A DNA stretch of 64,000 nt from Dendrobates tinctorius (Eukaryota), in the NCBI RefSeq assembly GCF_039654945.1, contig NW_027362312.1, positions 124,001-188,000 on the forward strand. Reading direction: 5' to 3'. The position numbers and the translations under genes were made by a program. Each line of letters begins with the position of its first letter. The stretch's first letter is position 1. Below, piece by piece: positions 1 to 13,900 of the stretch. The notes below the pieces were generated by a model, which did not search any database, had not been told where the DNA came from, and saw nothing but the letters and a program-made list of their open reading frames with translations.

Positions 1-44
1 ACCAAGTAACCCTTCCCGGGAGTCTCCTCCGCACATTCCTTCAG
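1..44 (-). CDS. GLG1: GLG1 exon 4 (partial, runs off window)
   Basis: ctttcag acceptor, then LKECAEETPGKGYLV, resembling vertebrate GLG1 IKECADEPVGKGYMV; phase 0 after exon 3. Confidence 0.9.
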   Translation of the reverse strand, partial: MKECAEETPGKGYL

Positions 45-149
45 CTGAAAGCAAAGGTGAAAAGACGGTGACGTCACGGATCCCCAATCCTACCCAGCCA
101 GAGCCAATCCCACCCGTGATCCCCTGCCTGTCCAAACAAGAGCACTCAC

Positions 150-236
150 TCCGGACAGTGTGGACTTGCAGATCTCTTTGGCCACAGACTCAAACTTGAT
201 GTCTTTTGTCAGGTTCAGTTTAAAGTTCCACAGAAG
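150..236 (-). CDS. GLG1: GLG1 exon 3
   Basis: 87 nt, AG/GTGAGT; LLWNFKLNLTKDIKFESVAKEICKSTLSG matches GLG1 LLWNYKLNLTTDPKFESVAREVCKST. Confidence 0.93.
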
Positions 237-270
237 CTGAAAAAGAAGAACAGAAAAAAGCAGCGGTGAA

Positions 271-1145
271 ATGGCCAGATCAGAGCGCAGCGGCCCAAAT
301 CAGCGGGCAGCGGCCCAAATCAGCGGGCAGCGGCCCAAATCAGCGGGCAGCGGCCCAGATCAGCGGGCAGCGGCCCAGATCAGCGGGCAGCGGCCCAGAT
401 CAGAGGGCAGCGGCCCAGATCAGAGGGCAGCGGCCCAGATCAGAGGGCAGCGGCCCAGATCAGAGGGCAGCGGCCCAGATCAGAGGGCAGCGGCCCAGAT
501 CAGAGGGCAGTGGGCAGCGGCCCAAATCAGCGGGCAGCGGCCCAAATCAGCGGGCAGCGGCCCAAATCAGAGGGCAGCGGCCAAGATCAGAGGGCAGCGG
601 CCAAGATCAGAGGGCAGCGGCCAAGATCAGAGGGCAGCGGCCAAGATCAGAGCGCAGCGGCCAAGATCAGAGCGCAGCGGCCAAGATCAGAGCGCAGCGG
701 CCAAGATCAGAGCGCAGCGGCCAAGATCAGAGCACAGCGGCCAAGATCAGAGCGCAGCGGCCCAGATCAGAGCGCAGCGGCCCAGATCAGAGCGCAGCTG
801 CCTAGATAAGTGCGCAGCGGCCCAGATCAGAGGGCAGCGGCCCAGATCAGAGGGCAGCGGCCCAGATCAGAGCGCAGCAGGCAACGGCCCAGATCAGAGC
901 GCAGCAGGCAACGGCCCAGATCAGAGCGCAGCAGGCAGCGGCCCAGATCAGAGCGCAGCAGGCAGCGGCCCAGATCAGAGCGCAGCGGCCCAGATCAGAG
1001 CGCAGCGGCCCAGATCAGAGCGCAGCAGGCAGCGGCCCAGATCAGAGCGCAACAGCCCAGATCAGTGCGCAGCGGGCAGCGGCCCAGATCAGAGCGCAGC
1101 GGCCCAGATCAGAGCGCAGCGGCCCAGATCAGAGCGCAGCGGCCA
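271..1145. repeat. 20-bp minisatellite (cagcggcccagatcagaggg) in GLG1 intron 2
   Basis: Direct tandem copies with some 26-bp variants. Confidence 0.95.
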
Positions 1146-1702
1146 TAGAGAGGCTGGTTCAGCTGCACCACATAGGAGAGGGGTCCCAGTGCAGGCACTC
1201 GGTACGGAGAATGAGAGAGGGGCGCCAGTGCAAGCAATCTGAAATCGGAAAATAGGAGCAACTGCAGCTCCTGGCGAGGGTCCGGGAGGATGCGAGAAGG
1301 GGTCTGAGCATCAGGCTACAGCAAGACAGACGGCCCACTCCTCCCAATCCCATCCGCGATGTAAGGTAATGGGTGTGTATACAGCAGTATACAGGTATCG
1401 TCTGTACACCTATAGGATATGTCACAGCTGATGGACTGCAACCAAACGGCCTCCCGTAGCCACATCCATCTTTTATGACGGCTGAAGGAGGAACATACAG
1501 TGACAGGAGCGAATAAACACAGTGGGAGGGCGTCACATCCACACGGCAGACATATACGGAGTCTATAGTGTGTATGATGCATACAGTATATGGGGTATAT
1601 GAGATGTCTATATGATGTATACAGCATATGTGGTGTATAGCGGGTATACAGCATATGTGGTATACATACACGGTGCACTCTGTGCATCCACACAACACTT
1701 AC

Positions 1703-1735
1703 GTGGTTACAGTCCGAGGAGATCTCACTGTCCGC
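1703..1735 (-). CDS. GLG1: GLG1 exon 2 (33-nt micro-exon)
   Basis: tctttctttacag | ADSEISSDCNH | gtaagt; matches GLG1 PENEISSDCNH. Confidence 0.92.
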
Positions 1736-2439
1736 CTGTAAAGAAAGAGAAACCCATTATTATCTGCGCTGGTACTGCCGGAGCACAGGCCTGCGGCTTC
1801 TCTGCAGAACATCCCATTATTATATGTCGGGACGGATGCAACCAGTGAGCAACAGTGGAGCCAAGGCAGCGGACCCTACACTGGAGCTGAGGAGATCAGA
1901 CCTGGAGACAGGAGGATGCTGCAGGGTGCAGCCATACAGATACCGTCAGACAGCGCGCCGCCCCGGGCAAGGCCGCCACATGCCACCAGGTATCTCAGAG
2001 GATGAGATGAATCACCCTACAAATATCTACACGAGACCCGACGTCATCACAAGGGTGCGAGGTGCCCCGGACCGAGCAGTGCAGAGCTGGGACATATGCA
2101 GGGGCGGCACAACCTCGATACTACGTGGCGGAGCATTGTGCTGCTCACCATTGTGTCCTGCAGCAGTGTATAACAATGCCCGGGCATCCATCACCTGTGA
2201 CTGCCAGTGTGCACAATAAGGCGGACTTCCGGCTCACGTGCGGGAGGGAACGGCAGCACCAGGCATATTGTGCAGCTCCATACAGATCTGTATACAGACG
2301 GCCCGGGGGCAGAAGAGCCAGGAACGGCCCACCGTCCGGCAGAAAGACTCCCATCATCCAAACATTAGGGACGGGGGGAGCCTCAGACAGGGCTACTGAA
2401 GGGGAAATGCAGGAAGGAGAACTCACTGACAGTCACCAG

Positions 2440-3525
2440 AACCGCGTCCCCCGCATCCAGCCACATGCCGCCCCCCCCAGCATCCAGTCATGTTGTCCCC
2501 CTGCAATCCAGTCACGTGACGTCCCCCCCGCATCCAGCCACGTGCCATTCCCCCCGCATCCAGTTATGTGCCGTCCTCCCCCGCGCCAAGCCACCTGCCA
2601 TCCCCCCCGCATCCAGCCACGTGCCGTCCCCCCCCGCATCCAGTCATGTTGTCCCCCTGCAATCCAGTCACGTGACGTCCCCCCACGTGCTGTTCCCCCG
2701 CATCCAGCCACATGCCGTCCTCCCCCGCGCCAAGCCACCTGCTGTCCCCCCCGCATCCAGCCACATGCCGTCCCCCCTGCATCCAGTCATGTTGTCCCCC
2801 TGCAATCCAGTCACGTGACGTCCCCCCCGCATCCAGCCACGTGCCATTCCCCCCGCATCCAGTTATGTGCCGTCCTCCCCCGCGCCAAGCCACCTGCCAT
2901 CCCCCCCGCATCCAGCCACGTGCCGTCCCCCCCGCATCCAGTCATGTTGTCCCCCTGCAATCCAGTCACGTGACGTCCCCCCACGTGCTGTTCCCCCCGC
3001 GCCAAGCCACCTGCCGTCCCCCCCGCATCCAGTCATGTGACGTCCCCCCACGTGCTGTTCCCCCCGCATCCAGCCACGTGCCGTCCTCCCCCGCGCCAAG
3101 CCACCTGCCGTCCCCCCCGCATCCAGTCATGTTGTCCCCCTGCAATCCAGTCACGTGACATCCCCCCACGTGCTGTTCCCCCCGCATCCAGCCACATGCC
3201 GTCCTCCCCCGCGCCAAGCCACCTGCTGTCCCCCCCGCATCCAGCCACATGCCGTCCTCCCCCGCGCCAAGCCACCTGCTGTCCCCCCCGCATCCAGCCA
3301 CGTGCCGTCCCCCCGCATCCAGCCACGTGCCGTCCCCCCGCATCCAGTCATGTTGTCCCCCTGCAATCCAGTCACGTGACGTCCCCCCACGTGCTGTTCC
3401 CCCGCATCCAGCCACGTGCTGTCCTCCCCCGCGCCAAGCCACCTGCTGTCCCCCCCGCATCCAGTCGTGTGCCGTCCCCCCCCCCCCCGCATCCGGTCGT
3501 GTGCCGTCCCCCCGCACCCAGCCAC
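2440..3525. repeat. C-rich compound minisatellite (ccccccgcatccagccacgtgccgt-type subunits)
   Basis: Shuffled tandem subunits in GLG1 intron 1. Confidence 0.9.
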
Positions 3526-4055
3526 AGCAGCTCACCATCCAGCTCAGTCATCTGGCAGCGAGGAGGGTGGGAGCAATAGTCTCCACGCAGCGAGCGGCAC
3601 TTGGAGGGGCCGTGGTGATCAGCGGCGTCTGTCCTACCGGTGTGGGGGCGCCGCTCCTCCTGCGTGTCCTGTCAGTCACAGCGTGGCGTCACCCAGAGAT
3701 CACCGCTGTATAATTATCGCTCCGCAGGTTTCTTTTTCTGTCTAATGTGATTTGGAACAGCTGCTCCACCAAACCGCAGGGACCGCCGTCACCAGACCTG
3801 GCGCAGGGAGGTGGGGTCCTGGCCGCGTCTGTAAATAACCCCGAGTACTCTGGGTGCAGGAACACGGGGTGCAGTGTGTGCAAAGGGAGGGAATCACGCC
3901 CATCATTTCTACAGCGCCTGCAACCTGCTGTGTACACTCGATCCCGGATCCTGCGACCTCTGCCCCCAGTGCCGCCGGGAGCACAGATAACACATGCACA
4001 GACCGGGCAGGGTCTCCAGACAAGTCCTGGCAAATACACACCCAGGAGAAGGCCG

Positions 4056-7000
4056 ACCGATACAGCGCCGTCACACGGACCAGAGGAGGGGGCAACCGAT
4101 CGGGCGCCGTCACACGGACCAGAGGAGGGGGCAACCGATACAGCGCCGTCACACGGACCAGAGGAGGGGGCAACCCATCGGGCGCCGTCACACGGACCAG
4201 AGGAGGGGGCAACGGATCGGGCGCCGTCACATGGACCAGAGGAGGGGGCAACCGATCGGGCGCCGTCACACGGACCAGAGGAGGGGGCAACCGATACAGC
4301 GCCGTCACACGGACCATTGGAGGGGGCAACCGATACAGCGCCGTCACACGGACCAGAGGAGGGGGAAACCGAAACAGAGCGGTCACACGGACCAGAGGAG
4401 GGGGGCAACCGATACAGCGGAACAGAGGAGGGGGCAACCGATACAGCGCCGTCACACGGACCAGAGGAGGGGGCAACCGATACAGCGCCGTCACACGGAC
4501 CATTGGAGGGGGCAACCGATAGAGCACCGTCACACGGACCAGAGGAGGGGGAAACCGAAACAGAGCGGTCACACGGACCAGAGGAGGGGGGCAACCGATA
4601 CAGCGGAACAGAGGAGGGGGCAACCGATACAGCGCCGTCACACGGAACAGAGGAGGGGGCAACCGATACAGTGCCGTCACACGGAACAGAGGAGGGGGCA
4701 ACCGATACAGTGCCGTCACTCGGACCAGAGGAGGGGGCAACCGATACAGCGCCGTCACTCGGACCAGAGGAGGGGGCAACCGATACAGCGCCGTCACTCG
4801 GACCAGAGGAGGGGGCAACCGATACAGCGCCGTCACACGGACCAGAGGAGGGGGCAACCGATACAGCGCCGTCACACGGACCAGAGGAGGGGGCAACCGA
4901 TACAGCGCCGTCACACGGACCAGAGGAGGGGGCAACCGATACAGCGCCGTCACACGGACCAGAGGAGGGGGCAACCGATACAGCCCCGTCACACGGACCA
5001 GAGGAGGGGGCAACCGATACAGCGCCGTCACACGGACCAGAGGAGGGGGCAACCGATACAGCGCCGTCACACGGACCAGAGGAGGGGGCAACCGATACAG
5101 CGGAACAGAGGAGGGGGCAACCGATACAGCACCGTCACACAGACCAGAGGAGGGGGCAACCGATACAGCGCCGTCACACGGACCAGAGGAGGGGGCAACC
5201 GATAAAGCGCCGTCACACGGACCAGAGGAGGGGGCAACCGATAAAGCGCCGTCACACGGATCAGAGGAGGGGGCAACCGATAAAGCGCCGTCACACGGAC
5301 CAGAGGAGGGGGCAACCGATAAAGCGCCGTCACACGGACCAGAGGAGGGGGCAACCGATAAAGCGCCGTCACACGGACCAGAGGAGGGGGCAACCGATAC
5401 AGCGCTGTCACACGGACCAGAGGAGGGGGCAACCGATACAGGGCCGTCACACGTACCAGAGGAGGGGGCAACCGATACAGCCCCGTCACACGGACCAGAG
5501 GAGGGGGTAACCGATACAGCGCAGTCACACGGAACAGAGGAGGGGGAAAGCGATACAGCGCCGTCACACGGACCAGAGGAGGGGGCAACCGATACAGCGG
5601 AACAGAGGAGGGGGCAACCGATACAGCACCGTCACACAGACCAGAGGAGGGGGCAACCGATACAGCGCCGTCACACGGACCAGAGGAGGGGGCAACCGAT
5701 AAAGCGCCGTCACACGGACCAGAGGAGGGGGCAACCGATAAAGCGCCGTCACACGGATCAGAGGAGGGGGCAACCGATAAAGCGCCGTCACACGGACCAG
5801 AGGAGGGGGCAACCGATACAGCGCCGTCACACGGACCAGAGGAGGGGGCAACCGATACAGCGCCGTTACACGGACCAGAGGAGGGGGCAACCGATACAGC
5901 GCTGTCACACGGACCAGAGGAGGGGGCAACCGATACAGGGCCGTCACACGTACCAGAGGAGGGGGCAACCGATACAGCCCCGTCACACGGACCAGAGGAG
6001 GGGGTAACCGATACAGCGCAGTCACACGGAACAGAGGAGGGGGAAAGCGATACAGCGCCGTCACACGGACCAGAGGAGGGGGCAACCGATACAGCGGAAC
6101 AGAGGAGGGGGCAACCGATACAGCACCGTCACACAGACCAGAGGAGGGGGCAACCGATACAGCGCCGTCACACGGACCAGAGGAGGGGGCAACCGATAAA
6201 GCGCCGTCACACGGACCAGAGGAGGGGGCAACCGATAAAGCGCCGTCACACGGATCAGAGGAGGGGGCAACCGATAAAGCGCCGTCACACGGACCAGAGG
6301 AGGGGGCAACCGATACAGCGCCGTCACACGGACCAGAGGAGGGGGCAACCGATACAGCGCCGTTACACGGACCAGAGGAGGGGGCAACCGATACAGCGCT
6401 GTCACACGGACCAGAGGAGGGGGCAACCGATACAGGGCCGTCACACGTACCAGAGGAGGGGGCAACCGATACAGCCCCGTCACACGGACCAGAGGAGGGG
6501 GTAACCGATACAGCGCAGTCACACGGAACAGAGGAGGGGGAAAGCGATACAGCGGAACAGAGGAGGGGGCAACCGATACAGCGCCGTCACACGGACCAGA
6601 GGAGGGGGCAACCGATACAGCGGAACAGAGGAGGGGGCAACCGATACAGCACCGTCACACAGACCAGAGGAGGGGGCAACCGATACAGCGCCGTCACACG
6701 GACCAGAGGAGGGGGCAACCGATACAGCGCCGTCACACGGACCAGAGGAGGGGGCAACCGATACAGCGCCGTCACACGGACCAGAGGAGGGGGCAACCGA
6801 TACAGCCCTGTCACACGGACCAGAGGAGGGGGCAACCGATACAGCGCCGTCACACGGACCAGAGGAGTGGGCAACCGATACAGCGGAACAGAGGAGGGGG
6901 CAACCGATACAGCGCCGTCACACGGACCAGAGGAGGGGGCAACCGATACAGTGCCGTCACACGGACCAGAGGAGGGGGCAACCGATACAGCGCCGTCACA

Positions 7001-7325
7001 CGGACCAGAGGAGGGGCAACCGATACAGCGCCGTCACATGGACCAGAGGAGGGGGCAACCGATACAGCGCCGTCACACGGACCAGAGGAGGGGGCAACCG
7101 ATACAGCGCCGTCACAAGGACCAGAGGAGGGGGCAACCGATACAGCGCCACCACACGGACCAGAGGAGGGGGCAACCGATACAGTGCCACCACACGGACC
7201 AGAGGAGGGGGCAACCGATACAACGGAACAGAGGAGGGGGCAACCGATACAGCGGAACAGAGGAGGGGGCAACCGATACAGCGGAACAGAGGAGGGGGCA
7301 ACCGATACAGCGCCGTCACACGGAG
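4056..7325. repeat. 39-bp minisatellite with a 497-bp higher-order repeat
   Basis: Unit aaccgatacagcgccgtcacacggaccagaggagggggc; the same variant blocks recur at 5067/5564/6061. Confidence 0.95.
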
Positions 7326-8559
7326 CAAAGGACGGAGACTGGACTGACTAAAGGTGCACAGATAACCCCAACAGGAGGTAAAGACTCGGCACTAAGAATT
7401 GGTCTGAACGTAACCGCTGACTGCCGGGCTTGTAAAAGATAGAGGTACCCCAATGCCAGACCGGCCCCCACTAACTCCAGACCGATCCCCACCCCACGCT
7501 AAGGCCAACCCCAGAACTACCAACGCCAGATTGACCCCCAACCCCGTCAGTGCCAACGCCAGAACTATCAACGCCAGAGTGACCCCTACACCAGTGCCAA
7601 CCCTAGAACTACCCCCACCAATGCCAGACAAACCCCCCCAACAACAGACCGCCCACCCCTCACCAATCCAAGACCAACCCCAGTTCAACCCTCAGTCGCC
7701 CACCAGTGCCATCTCAGAATTACCCGTTCCCCAGCTAATGCCAGACCAACCACCCCAGCAACCTCAGACTGCCCCCCACCGCACCCGCTAGCACCAACCC
7801 CATAACTTCCTTCTCCAAAACCCAGACCAACTCACACCAGCGTCAATGCGAGACCGACTCCTGCCAGCACCAACTCCGGAACTGGACCCCACCCCCGCCA
7901 AACCGACTGCCTACCATTGCCAGCCTGACTGATCACCCCCGTGTCAATCCAATAACTACCCCATAATCAACGCCAACCCCATAACTTCCCCCACCCCTCC
8001 AACCAGATCTGCACCCAGGGAAATACTACACCGTGCTGTGACTATAAACCATTAGACGTCACTCCTGACTGCGGGCTGAGACCCCGATGCAGGCGGTTGC
8101 CCCCCAGACACTTGGTTCAGGATACAGACTCAAACAGGAGATGGTGCGGAACTGAATACGGAGGTGGTAATAATATAGCACCACAGAGGAAGCACACTGC
8201 GGGGTACACAGCATCAGGGGGACCCTCGTACACCTGTTTAGGGGAGCAGTAGGGGAGCATGATGTTACACCGATGTATATTGGAGTGTATGGAGGGGGGA
8301 CAGCATTTAGGGGAGACATACGGGGTGCTACACTGCTGGGGTTGATGGAGACGTCTGTGGATCTCAGCCACAAGTGTCCTAAACCAAGCGTGACAGCCTC
8401 ATGTGAGACCGAAGCTAGGGAGGTCCGGACCGACATGAGCCTCAGGGGGCGCAGTGCGAGGAGCACGGCATGTGGGGGTGTAAAACAAGGACAGGTCCTA
8501 TCCTGGGGACCATGAGGGGCTCAGTACATTGTCGGAGTGTAGTATGAGCACTGGGGGTG

Positions 8560-10168
8560 ACGCTTGCATGCCTCGGAGCACACTGTCCGGGGGGGCTCTT
8601 GAATGCTTCGGGTGCACCGTCCGGGGGGGGGCTCTTGCATGCCTCAGGGCGCACCGTCCAGGGGGGGGCTCTTGCATGCCTCAGGGCGCACTGTCCGGGA
8701 GGGAGGGGGTCCTAATCTCGGGGTGCACTGTCTAGGTGAGAGGCTCCGTATCGGGGGGTTTTCTGTGGTCTTAGGGCACACTGTCCGGAGGACGCAGTAT
8801 CGCAGATGGGGGTCTGTGTCTTGGGGTGCACTGTCTGTGGGGCTTTGGCGGAGTCTGTATGCTGTATCTTGGGGGGGGGGGGGGGGGCGTCACTATCTTG
8901 TGTCTTGTTGTGCACTGTCCAGCAGGAAGGGGGCTCCTGAACTTGGGGTGCACTGTCTGTGGGGCTTCAGGGGGAGTCTGTGTCTTGGGGTGCACTGTCA
9001 GGGGGCTCTGTGTTTCAGAGGGTGCTCAGCATCTTGTGGGGGGTTTGGAGTCAGTGTCTCAGCTCCGTATCTCAGGGCGCACGGGTGGGCTCTATCTCGG
9101 GGGTCTCCCTATCACGGGGGGTGCGCCGTATGTTGGGGATCTCCCTATCCCGGGAGGCGCTCCGTATGTTGGGGGGTCTCCCTATCCCGAGGGAGGTGCT
9201 CCGTATGTTGGGGGTCTCCCTATCCCGGGGGGGGCTCCGTATCCTGGGGGCGTCTCCCTATCCCGGGTGTCTCCCTATCCCGGGGGGCTCCGTATCCTGG
9301 GGGCGTCTCCCTATCCCGGGGGCTCCATATGTTGGGGGTCTCCCTATCCCGAGGGGTGCTCCGTATGTTGGGGGTCTCCCTATCCCGGGGGGGGGACTTC
9401 GTATCCTGGGGGCGTCTCCCTATCCCGGTGGGCTCCGTATGTTGGGGGTCTCCCTATCCCGGGGGGCTCCGTATCTTGGGGGGTCTCCCTATCCTGAGGG
9501 GTGCTCCGTATGTTGGGGGTCTCCCTATCCCGGGGGCTCCGTATGTTGGGGGTCTCCCTATCCCGGGGGGCGCTCCGTATGTTGGGGGTCTCCCTATCCC
9601 AGGAGGTGCTCCGTATGTTGGGGGTCTCCCTATCCCGGGGGGGGGGATTCGTATCCTGGGGGCGTCTCCCTATCCCGGGTGTCTCCCTGTCTCGGGGGTC
9701 TCCATCTCAGGGGTCTCCCTATCCCGGGGGGGTTCTCTATCCCGGGTGGTCTCTGTATCTCGGGTGTCTCCCTATCCCGGGTGGTCTCTGTATCTCGGGG
9801 GGGTCTCCCTATCCCGGGTGGTCTCCGTATCTCGGGGGGGGGTCTCCCTATCCCGGTGGTCTCCGTATCTCGGGGGGGGGGTCTCCCTATCCCGGGTGGT
9901 CTCCATATCTCGGGGGTCTCCCTATCCCGGGTGGTCTCCATATCTCGGGGGTCTCCCTATCCCGGGTGGTCTCCATATCTCGGGGGTCTCCCTATCCCGG
10001 GTGGTCTCCATATCTCGGGGGTCTCCCTATCTGGGGGTGGTCTCCCTATCTCGGGGGGTCTCCCTATCTCGGGGGGTCTCCCTATCTCGGGGGGTCTCCC
10101 TATCTCGGGGGGTCTCCCTATCCCGGGTGGTCTCCATATCTCGGGGGTCTCCCTATCCCGGGGGTCTC
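8560..10168. repeat. G-rich degenerate tandem arrays abutting the GLG1 exon 1 donor (gcactgtccggggggg..., then ggggtctccctatcccggg...)
   Basis: Direct tandem repeats of about 20-35 bp. Confidence 0.88.
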
Positions 10169-10176
10169 CTCCTCAC

Positions 10177-10452
10177 CTCCCGCACGTCCTGCAGGCACTC
10201 CAGCACCGCCAGGTTGTTGTTCCAGGCGTTCTTGGGGCAGATGCGGGTGATGTCCTCCCGGCAGGCCTCCTCCTCGATCAGTCTGATGCCGGGGAGTCTA
10301 CGGGGCTGGGAGGCCGCAGGTTGAGCCGCTCCGGCCCCGGCGCCCGCCTCCGCGCCAGCCCCCTCAGCCCGGACCGTCGGGCACACGAGCAGAGGCAGCA
10401 CCGCGCCCGCCACCAGCCAGCACCACAGCCGGACACGTCCGCAGGCCGCCAT
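10177..10452 (-). CDS. GLG1: GLG1 (Golgi glycoprotein 1) exon 1: signal peptide and start of the first Cys-rich repeat
   Basis: MAACGRVR start, hydrophobic leader, EEEACREDITRICPKNAWNNNLAVLECLQDVRE, then GTGAG donor. Confidence 0.95.
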
Positions 10453-10900
10453 CTTGGAATCAGCCAGTCACGGAGCAGCAGGCGCGTTACTGTGCACCGG
10501 GCACCACGGAGCCGCGCACGTCACCACAGCCGTCTACGTCAGCACGTCGCCCGCACCCAACATGGCGGCCGTTGGCTCCTGACGTCATCGAGAACGTAGC
10601 GGTGTCTCCAGTCACAGGTGAGGCCGAGGACTCCAGAAAGATGGCGGCTACTGCCACACGGCGCAGAGGTGACGTCACTGACTGCGCCCGAGAGCCCCCA
10701 ACAAGAAGCTGCGGAGCCCCATAGGTCACATCATCCCCTCATACCTCACCTGCAGGGGCAGCGCCGCATCCCAAGTGTGAACGGGGCCCAGCAGAGGCGG
10801 AGACACGGCAGCAGCGCGGGGGTCAGCACCGCTGGGCCTGGCTACTGAGACTGAGGGAAGATACACCATAGCAGCCGGCGTCACCGCCTCGCTGATCGGA
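10453..10900 (-). promoter_or_regulatory. GLG1 CpG-island promoter region
   Basis: CpG-rich; full CRE TGACGTCA at 10580-10587 and 10670-10677; YY1-like AAGATGGCGGC at 10638-10648. Confidence 0.65.
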
Positions 10901-10925
10901 GAGACGCGTGCAGGATCATTACAAC

Positions 10926-13900
10926 AGACTTTATTTCAAATATTAAAACTCCTCAAGATGTAAAAAGTGCGACAGAGCCGCCTGCGCCCCGCCGTCCCCA
11001 GCTCCAGAGCCCGAACACTCCAAACACAGGCCGTCCTGTGGAGCGCTCCCCCGGGCGCCGTCCCCACCTCCAGAGCCCGAACACTCCAAACACAGGCCGT
11101 CCTGTGGAGCGCTTCCCCGGGCGCCGTCCCCAGCTCCAGAGCCCGAACACTCCAAACACAGGCCGTCCTGTGGAGCGCTCCCCCGGGCGCCGTCCCCAGC
11201 TCCAGAGCCCGAACACTCCAAACACAGGCCGTCCTGTGGAGCGCTCCCCCGGGCGCCGTCCCCAGCTCCAGAGCCCGAACACTCCAAACACAGGCCGTCC
11301 TGTGGAGCGCTCCCCCGGGCGCCGTCCCCAGCTCCAGAGCCCGAACACTCCAAACACAGGCCGTCCTGTGGAGCGCTCCCCCGGGCGCCGTCCCCAGCTC
11401 CAGAGCCCGAACACTCCAAACACAGGCCGTCCTGTGGAGCGCTCCCCCGGGCGCCGTCCCCAGCTCCAGAGCCCGAACACTCCAAACACAGGCCGTCCTG
11501 TGGAGCGCTCCCCCGGGCGCCGTCCCCAGCTCCAGAGCCCGAACACTCCAAACACAGGCCGTCCTGTGGAGCGCTCCCCCGGGCGCCGTCCCCAGCTCCA
11601 GAGCCCGAACACTCCAAACACAGGCCGTCCTGTGGAGCGCTCCCCCGGGCGCCGTCCCCAGCTCCAGAGCCCGAACACTCCAAACACAGGCCGTCCTGTG
11701 GAGCGCTCCCCCGGGCGCCGTCCCCAGCTCCAGAGCCCGAACACTCCAAACACAGGCCGTCCTGTGGAGCGCTCCCCCGGGCGCCGTCCCCAGCTCCAGA
11801 GCCCGAACACTCCAAACACAGGCCGTCCTGTGGAGCGCTCCCCCGGGCGCCGTCCCCAGCTCCAGAGCCCGAACACTCCAAACACAGGCCGTCCTGTGGA
11901 GCGCTCCCCCGGGCGCCGTCCCCAGCTCCAGAGCCCGAACACTCCAAACACAGGCCGTCCTATGGAGCGCTCCCCCGGGCGCCGTCCCCAGCTCCAGAGC
12001 CCGAACACTCCAAACACAGGCCGTCCTGTGGAGCGCTCCCCCGGGCGCCGTCCCCAGCTCCAGAGCCCGAACACTCCAAACACAGGCCGTCCTGTGGAGC
12101 GCTCCCCCGGGCGCCGTCCCCAGCTCCAGAGCCCGAACACTCCAAACACAGGCCGTCCTGTGGAGCGCTCCCCCGGGCGCCGTCCCCAGCTCCAGAGCCC
12201 GAACACTCCAAACACAGGCCGTCCTGTGGAGCGCTCCCCCGGGCGCCGTCCCCAGCTCCAGAGCCCGAACACTCCAAACACAGGCCGTCCTGTGGAGCGC
12301 TCCCCCGGGCGCCGTCCCCAGCTCCAGAGCCCGAACACTCCAAACACAGGCCGTCCTGTGGAGCGCTCCCCCGGGCGCCGTCCCCAGCTCCAGAGCCCGA
12401 ACACTCCAAACACAGGCCGTCCTGTGGAGCGCTCCCCCGGGCGCCGTCCCCAGCTCCAGAGCCCGAACACTCCAAACACAGGCCGTCCTGTGGAGCGCTC
12501 CCCCGGGCGCCGTCCCCAGCTCCAGAGCCCGAACACTCCAAACACAGGCCGTCCTGTGGAGCGCTCCCCCGGGCGCCGTCCCCAGCTCCAGAGCCCGAAC
12601 ACTCCAAACACAGGCCGTCCTGTGGAGCGCTCCCCCGGGCGCCGTCCCCAGCTCCAGAGCCCGAACACTCCAAACACAGGCCGTCCTGTGGAGCGCTCCC
12701 CCGGGCGCCGTCCCCAGCTCCAGAGCCCGAACACTCCAAACACAGGCCGTCCTGTGGAGCGCTCCCCCGGGCGCCGTCCCCAGCTCCAGAGCCCGAACAC
12801 TCCAAACACAGGCCGTCCTGTGGAGCGCTCCCCCGGGCGCCGTCCCCAGCTCCAGAGCCCGAACACTCCAAACACAGGCCGTCCTGTGGAGCGCTCCCCC
12901 GGGCGCCGTCCCCAGCTCCAGAGCCCGAACACTCCAAACACAGGCCGTCCTGTGGAGCGCTCCCCCGGGCGCCGTCCCCAGCTCCAGAGCCCGAACACTC
13001 CAAACACAGGCCGTCCTGTGGAGCGCTCCCCCGGGCGCCGTCCCCAGCTCCAGAGCCCGAACACTCCAAACACAGGCCGTCCTGTGGAGCGCTCCCCCGG
13101 GCGCCGTCCCCAGCTCCAGAGCCCGAACACTCCAAACACAGGCCGTCCTGTGGAGCGCTCCCCCGGGCGCCGTCCCCAGCTCCAGCGCCCGAACACTCCA
13201 AACACAGGCCGTCCTGTGGAGCGCTCCCCCGGGCGCCGTCCCCAGAGCCCGAACACTCCAAACACAGGCCGTCCTGTGGAGCGCTCCCCCCGGGCGCCGT
13301 CCCCAGCTCCAGAGCCCGAACACTCCAAACACAGGCCGTCCTGTGGAGCGCTCCCCCGGGCGCCGTCCCCACCTCCAGAGCCCGAACACTCCAAACACAG
13401 GCCGTCCTGTGGAGCGCTCTCCCGGGCGCCGTCCCCACCTCCAGAGCCCGAACACTCCAAACACAGGCCGTCCTGTGGAGCGCTCCCCCGGGCGCCGTCC
13501 CCACCTCCAGAGCCCGAACACTCCAAACACAGGCCGTCCTGTGGAGCGCTCTCCCGGGCGCCGTCCCCACCTCCAGAGCCCGAACACTCCAAACACAGGC
13601 CGTCCTGTGGAGCGCTCCCCCGGGCGCCGTCCCCAGCTCCAGAGCCCGAACACTCCAAACACAGGCCGTCCTGTGGAGCGCTCCCCCGGGCGCCGTCCCT
13701 GCAGAAAGCGTGATCAATACGGTGCCGATCGCCCGGAAGGACGGGACCGTGACATCATGTTGATTATTGCTAAAAAGTGAGAGCGTTGATAGCTTGTGGA
13801 AGACAATGTATTATTCCCCAAATGATGATACCAACGCTTTCATAGGCACTAACCGCCCTACAGTAAAGCGTCTGGGGCTGTGAGCACCGTCACTTTCTGC

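Noticed and set aside
3742-7442. Mucin-like ATDTAPSHGPEEG ORFs
   Set aside because: A 39-bp array in GLG1 intron 1 with frequent frame-shifting short monomers
10936-13780. ~900-aa ORFs in several frames on both strands
   Set aside because: They arise from a stop-free 57-bp unit divisible by 3; no domain or splice support
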